Source of the DNA: Eledone cirrhosa
Lineage: Eukaryota
Reading direction: 5' to 3'
Length of the DNA stretch: 64,000 bases
Assembly (NCBI GenBank): GCA_964016885.1
Contig: OZ024740.1
Span: 177,506,001 to 177,570,000, forward strand
Both the position numbers and the translations under genes were made by a program. Position 1 is the stretch's first letter; each line of letters starts with the position of its first letter. This document shows, piece after piece, positions 58,102 to 64,000 of this stretch. Under the pieces are notes generated by a model that did no database searches, was not told the origin of the DNA, and worked only from the letters and a program-made list of their open reading frames with translations.

Positions 58102-58333
58102 AGAGAGAGAAAGACTGCGAGGCTAAGACCAGGGAGATCAGTATATATATATATATATATATATCTATATAAAACGAAAAATCAGTGATGCATCTGAACT
58201 CAATTTATTGTGTGTTACAATTGTTTCGCCGGCGGACAGCTCGAGACAGACACGATCATTGTGTGGATCTGTCTGATTCTGGATCCGCAGGTTCGTCGGA
58301 CACGTCTAATGATTTCGGAGCAAATTCTCTAAA

Positions 58334-58364
<31 letters not shown>

Positions 58365-58394
58365 CCAATTGCTAATATTATCTATCGGTCGCAA

Positions 58395-58690
58395 CTCCGG
58401 GTAGAAGGAACAACGTGAAATAAAATGTCTTGCTCAAGGACATAACGCATTGCCCGGTCCGGGAATCGAACTCACAACCTCACCATTGCTAATCCAATTC
58501 TCTAACCACTCAGCCACACGCCCTATATATATAAAGTCTAAAGTCTGTCTTAAGCCAGAAAGCTCATCTGGTCGGTGTTTATCCCGGTTTCATTGTGTTA
58601 AGCGACTGAGAGTACAAGACACCCATCTGGATAGGATGCCAGTCCATCGCAAGGTTATTGTTGGTATTAATTTTCAGTTGAGTATACCCT
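58395..58690 (-). mobile_element. CORE-type tRNA SINE pieces (head 58395-58524; body/tail 58535-58690)
   Basis: Minus strand gtggctgagtggttag..gagttcgattccc..tgtccttgagcaagacat (CORE-like). Confidence 0.7.
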
Positions 58691-59717
58691 TACCACTAGG
58701 TCACGTGCCTCCACACGCACGTATATATATATATATATTTATGTGTAGAGCCTACGGTGGTGTGACGGAGGAGACCACTAAACATGGGTGTACTCAACAC
58801 ATGGGAAGATACAGAGTGGGTACACAGATGTGTAAAATACCAACAGCGGCGCCAAATGGTTTCAGTTTGTGTGTTCAGCAAGCCTCTACGAGGGTGTAGT
58901 AATATTTGTAGTGTGTACTCTTGGTAGTACTTTGGTTGATTTCATCATAGTAGTAAACTGGTCTGATGGAGGAAGTGATGGGGCCAGAGAATGGTAAGTG
59001 TATCTGGACAGGCAAGGCGTCAGGAGAAGGAAGTAGTGTAGTTTGAGGTAGGGATGCATAGTGGATATGAGTGGATTTGGAGGAGAATGAGCATACTGAT
59101 CATAGGAATAGGGGTGGAGGGAGTGAGGGTAAGGTTATTTATAGACAGGGCTTTGAAGCTGAGGGAGTATTTTTCAAGTGAAGCATAGAATTAACAATAA
59201 AAGGTGAGTTATGCAGAAGTAAATGAGCAAATGGTAAAATAAATTATTAAATAGAATCAAAGAAGATCAAGTAAAATATAAGGGTTTTTAAAAATAGCTA
59301 ATATGGATAATATTGGTTGTTATCCTGTGATAAAGTGTATGTACTATGTGTGTGTATACTGCATACATACAAACACTCACAAGTATACTGGGGAGTTTTA
59401 GAAGGTTTTACATAGAAATACATGAATACAATTATTCCTTTAATGAAAGGAATGGGGGTGGGGTAAAATTTAGAGAGCAAATAAATGAGTAGGTGGATAG
59501 AGTGGGTAAAGTGGGTAAATTATGCAAACACAGGCACATTCATACCTACACACATACATACCACTGTGCACACATTCATATACATATATGTATGTACATG
59601 CACATCCGTACACAGTTTCACATACATACATACAGGCCCATGCATATCCATACGTGGAGAGGATGTGGTAAAACTTTCTGCACACACGCACATACAAGTA
59701 TCATACACTTGCACGCA

Positions 59718-59796
<79 letters not shown>

Positions 59797-59869
59797 GATG
59801 AATTCGATTTTTTCTTCGTTCAGTGACATATTGTTTTGTGTCACCCAATTGCTTTACACCATTTAGTTC

Positions 59870-61260
59870 AGATTATGTTATTGGTTCCCCATAGACTTGA
59901 TAACGTTTAGAAGCTTAGAAACGTCAATGAAAATTTTTTTGCCCCGTGTTTTGTGACATTAGTGTGGTGTCATTTGTGTAAATTATGAATAGAGGAGGGA
60001 CCAAAACAATATCTTGGGAGGATATTGCTGCTGATATTTACTGGGCTTAACATTGTTTAGCAGGAAAAATTTAATGTAGTGATGTACTTTTCTCCAAACT
60101 TCAATGAAGGATATTATCTTAACAGCATGCTGACGAAGGCTTTGCTGAAGTCAACGTTTATGAAATCTCTATTTGAGCTCTGTTTCAATGCATTTAAGAT
60201 GACGTCGGCAGTCTCTATTACATTGAAAGCAATGCTATCCGAGAAATCAGTTATTCGTGCTCTAAATCGATCGATCGAATCGATCGAAATTATTTCAAAC
60301 CACATTCACTTACCGAGTTGGGTGGAACTTGTCAAATCGGACCAAGAAACCTATGCTTCCATTGGTCTTTCCACCTCTGATATTATCTACTGGGCGCAAC
60401 TCCTGGCAAATGTTCTAAATATCGTCTCCAATAGTTTTATGATACGAGAAGCGAGATCGGACGATAGTTTTTTGCAAGCGATTAGTTTCCGTTTCAAACC
60501 AGGGACGACAAACTTGAATAGAAAATGGTCGTGTTTGTTGTCTACATTTAACTATTTTCTCAATAGATTAGCTAGAGAAGATCTTTACTGATGTCGGAAC
60601 ATCTTTAGAAGAACACTATCGTGTGTACATCGGAACCTGCTGCTTAGTAGCATTTAATTTGATATATTGATGCTATTATGTGTGTCGTTACTGATCTGTC
60701 TTCAGTGGGGTCACTGAAGACAGATCAGTATATATATATATATATATGTTTGTATAAGGCCTTGAATTTCTTTGACATAGTAAGTGCTCTTTTTATCAAT
60801 AGGTTAAAAAAGATACCTATACATTTGGCAAATCTTCTCAATTGTCTAGTCTCCGTCTGCGGTCCTTTGATTGTTGATGAAGTTTCCCTTTCGCCGGAAG
60901 ATAATAGGTTTCCGATTCTTGTATTGTTATTGCTGTCGAATTTGGGTACTGTCAATTATAGTATTTTAGCTCATTAATACTTTTGTTTTTTATAATGAGA
61001 TTTTCTTCACTCTTAGGATGCTATTTCTATTCTTTGTCTATAAATTATGTTGGGGTGTGGTTTGAGCATATATTGGTAACTATATACGTAAACATCTGCC
61101 AAGTCACTTTGATGTCAGAGGAGGTATGTGTGAAAGACCAGTCGACACGCAATAAGTCATGTATAATTGCTCGGCGGTTTGCTTTGAGCAGATCCATATT
61201 GTCAGCAATGTGTGCTGGGGTGCGTGTACTTGGTTTAAACTTGAAATCCTGGACACTAAG
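59870..61260 (-). mobile_element. Decayed CR1-like LINE ORF2 fragment
   Basis: NVDFSKAF (RT motif), QLRPV, PQDIVL.P-like segment; many stops. Confidence 0.6.
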
Positions 61261-62526
61261 GTAACCAGGTGCCATATAAAGGTCTAAGAAAAGCGTTATC
61301 TTATCTGAGATGTTATAGATATTTGCTTTAATAACAAAGTTCACTCCCATCTGCAACGTCTTTATTCTTTAAATAAACTAAATGATTTATAAATATTTTA
61401 AGAAATTATCTTTCTTGCTTATAATTTTTATGTTACACACATAAAAGGTTTTTTCATCAATGAATGCTTCAATAATCTTAGATAATCGTATTTTTCACCT
61501 CATGTTAGTACATATGTGAGTCTCTACCGTATGTATGATTATATTATACCTTATTGTCATTGAAGGATTTTTGTTGAAACGTTCTTGGAAGTAATGAAAA
61601 CATATAGCCAGAGTATAGTTGTCATTATATTTATTGTCTGAAAACACTAACTCCCAGTAGCCAGTGGAAGATATAGGATTTCAATTCGTAGAGATATATT
61701 TTGGCTTCTCCATTTCGTTGGCCGCTATGATTGGCGGGAATGGTGATGAATGCTATAACCTTGGTTACAGTATTCGAGTGAAAGTTAAGGTCCGTGTTAG
61801 TTAGAAGGAAGGTGTTTAGTTTGGTTATTATGGCAGATTGCTCTGAGATTGATTCATTCTGACATAAAAGATCGAGAAATATACACACGCACGTCATACA
61901 CGCACGCATGACATATATATTTGTATGTTTATCTAAGCGGTGAATTTGCGGTGTCCTTGAGCATTGGACTAAAATGCTTTGGGGGTATTTGTGCGCTGAG
62001 TTCAAATCTCATCGAAGTCAAATTTACCATTCATACCTGGCGGTCGATAAGTAAAGTACAAATCCAGGGCAAAATGTTTTGAGAGTTGCACATAATGCCT
62101 TATGGTAAATCATTCGGCCCTTTGCAATCTAAGTTTGCCTGCGATGTCTTTGGTGTCAAACTAAAACATTTCCTTTCGACAACATCAGTTACAAAGATGG
62201 AGCAGACGTGCATTTATGGGCGACTGCTGGTTTTCCACAAAACCTTGTCAAGACCTACGCCTTGAAGGTGCAAACACATCGTTAATCATAACCAAAGAGC
62301 GACTATAATACATCTATCTATCTGCGTTTGTTCAACTCTTGTCCTTGGCACTTCACCTTCTCTAAAATTTTAATAAAACCGAAACAGAGTAACTAAAGAT
62401 ACGAAAGTATGTATTTAAAGACAAGAAATAAAAAATTATTAAAGAATTTATTGGAAGATATATTTAGAAACATGTAATTGATGAGAGAAACAATGTTGCT
62501 TGTGCATATTTGATGTTAATATAGAC

Positions 62527-62650
62527 CAGAGGTTCTCAAATTTATTGCTCCCCCGCGCCTGCCATCACACTCAACGCCCCTTTAGCCTCAGCGCCCCCTG
62601 GACCTTCTCAACTCCCCTAGGGTCTGTAGCACCTACTTTGAGAACCTCTG
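62527..62650. mobile_element. hAT (Charlie-like) MITE, 124 bp
   Basis: Perfect 14-bp TIR cagaggttctcaaa/tttgagaacctctg; 8-bp TSD atatagac on both sides. Confidence 0.9.
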
Positions 62651-62704
62651 ATATAGACCACTATAGTGACCGAGCTGTTTGTGTTTTTGCTTAGCCATGT
62701 GTAT

Positions 62705-62773
<69 letters not shown>

Positions 62774-62859
62774 CGCGCGTGCGTGCGCAGTCTGATGATA
62801 GAGGAAATGTTGATTCTGTTGAATTTTGTTGCTGTTGTAATGGTGGTTGGGTATGATAG

Positions 62860-64000
62860 GGTAGTGCAGATAGTGGTGGTGGTGCAGATAGTGGTGGTGG
62901 TGCAGATAGTGGTGGTGGTGCAGATAGTGGTGGTGGTGCAGATAGTGGTGGTGGTGTAGATAGTGGTGGTGGTGGTGGTGGTGGTGGTGGTGGTGCAGAT
63001 AGTGGTGGTGGTGGTGGTGGTGGTGGTGGTGTGGATAGTGGTGGTGGTGGTGGTGCAGATAGTGGCGATGGTGCAGATAGTGGTGGTGGTGGTGCGGATA
63101 GTGGTGGTGGTGGTGGTGGTCGTCGTCGTCGTGGTGATGGTGGTCGTGGTGGTCGTGGTGGTGGTGGTGGTGGTGGTGCGGATAGTGGTGGTGGTGCGGA
63201 TGGTGGTGGTGGTGCAGATAGTGGCGATGGTGCAGATAGTGGTGGTGGTGGTGCGGATAGTGGTGGTGGTGGTGGTGGTCGTCGTCGTCGTGGTGATGGT
63301 GGTCGTGGTGGTCGTGGTGGTGGTGGTGGTGGTGGTGCGGATAGTGGTGGTGGTGCGGATGGTGGTGGTGGTGCAGATAGTGGCGGTGGTGCGGATAGTG
63401 GTGGTGGTGTGGATAGTGATGGTGGTGGTGGTGGTGGTGTGGATAGTGATGGCGGTGTGGATAGAGGTGGTGGTGCGGATAGTGGTGGTGGTGTGGATAG
63501 TGGTGGTGGTGTGGATAGTGGTGGTGGTGGTGGCGGTGCAGATAGTGGTGGTGGTGGCGGTGCAGATAGTGGTGGTGGTGGTGGTGGTGGTGGTGGTGGT
63601 GGTGGTGCAGATAGTGGTGGTGGTGTGGATAGTGGTGGTGGTGGTGGTGGTGGTGGTGGTGGTGGTGGTGGTGGTGGTGGTGGCGGTGGTGCTGGTGGTG
63701 GTGCTGGTGGTGCGGATAGTGATGGTGGTGGTGGTGGTGGTGCGGTTGGTGGTGGTGGTGCAGATAGTGGTGGTGGTGGTGGTGGTGGTGGTGGTGGTGG
63801 CGGTGGTGGTGGTGGTGGTGCGGATAGTGGTGGTGGTGGTGGCGGTGCGGATAGTGGTGGTGGTGCAGATAGTGGTGGTGGCGCAGATAGTTGTGGTGGT
63901 GTGGATAGTGGTGGTGGTGGTGGTGGTGGTGGTGGTGGTGCAGATAGTGGTGGTGGTGGTGGTGGTGGTGGTGGTGGTGGTGGTGTGGATAGTGGTGGTG
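62860..64000. repeat. (GGT)n-based minisatellite with g(c/t)(a/g)gatagt interruptions
   Basis: 18-bp core gtgcagatagtggtggtg and a duplicated ~160-bp block; runs off the window. Confidence 0.9.

Noticed and set aside
58740-59300. Possible retroelement 3' region
   Set aside because: No motif could be read with confidence
62860-64000. Gly-rich or Val-rich repeat protein (GGGADS)n
   Set aside because: Cannot be distinguished from a (GGT)n minisatellite; no supporting exon context within the window

Overview
Repeat-dominated, AT-rich eukaryotic (animal) DNA. The SINE families, extreme (TA)n/(CA)n/(ATAC)n microsatellite load and transposon mix suggest a cephalopod/Octopus-like genome, but that is an inference. 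I found no host protein-coding exon; most listed ORFs are microsatellite translations. Recognisable content: a ~6 kb degraded Helitron (19560-25576, -) plus non-autonomous Helitrons; a Tc1/mariner copy with TIRs (9669-10893); a pogo/Tigger remnant; two hAT-type MITEs; fragments of R4/Dong-, CRE-, CR1-, RTE- and L1/Tx1-like LINEs; about a dozen copies of one tRNA-derived SINE; and several Penelope-like elements (PLEs), two of them forming kb-scale inverted duplications (37655-41285, 42767-45188). The most striking signal is non-coding. Many short (150-450 bp) inserts between (TA)n tracts carry type I hammerhead ribozyme (HHR) motifs (CUGANGA..GAAA..UH with pairable helices and palindromic helix-III loops). 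These include a 312-bp tandem HHR repeat (retrozyme-like), a ~340-bp apparently perfect palindrome with two divergent HHRs, and a U3-A8 core variant. They recur in one asymmetric layout: inverted arm, arm, then a 3' extension that usually carries a GAGYRCT motif. That motif also occurs beside the start of the autonomous PLE ORF. All folds were derived by eye and no searches were run.
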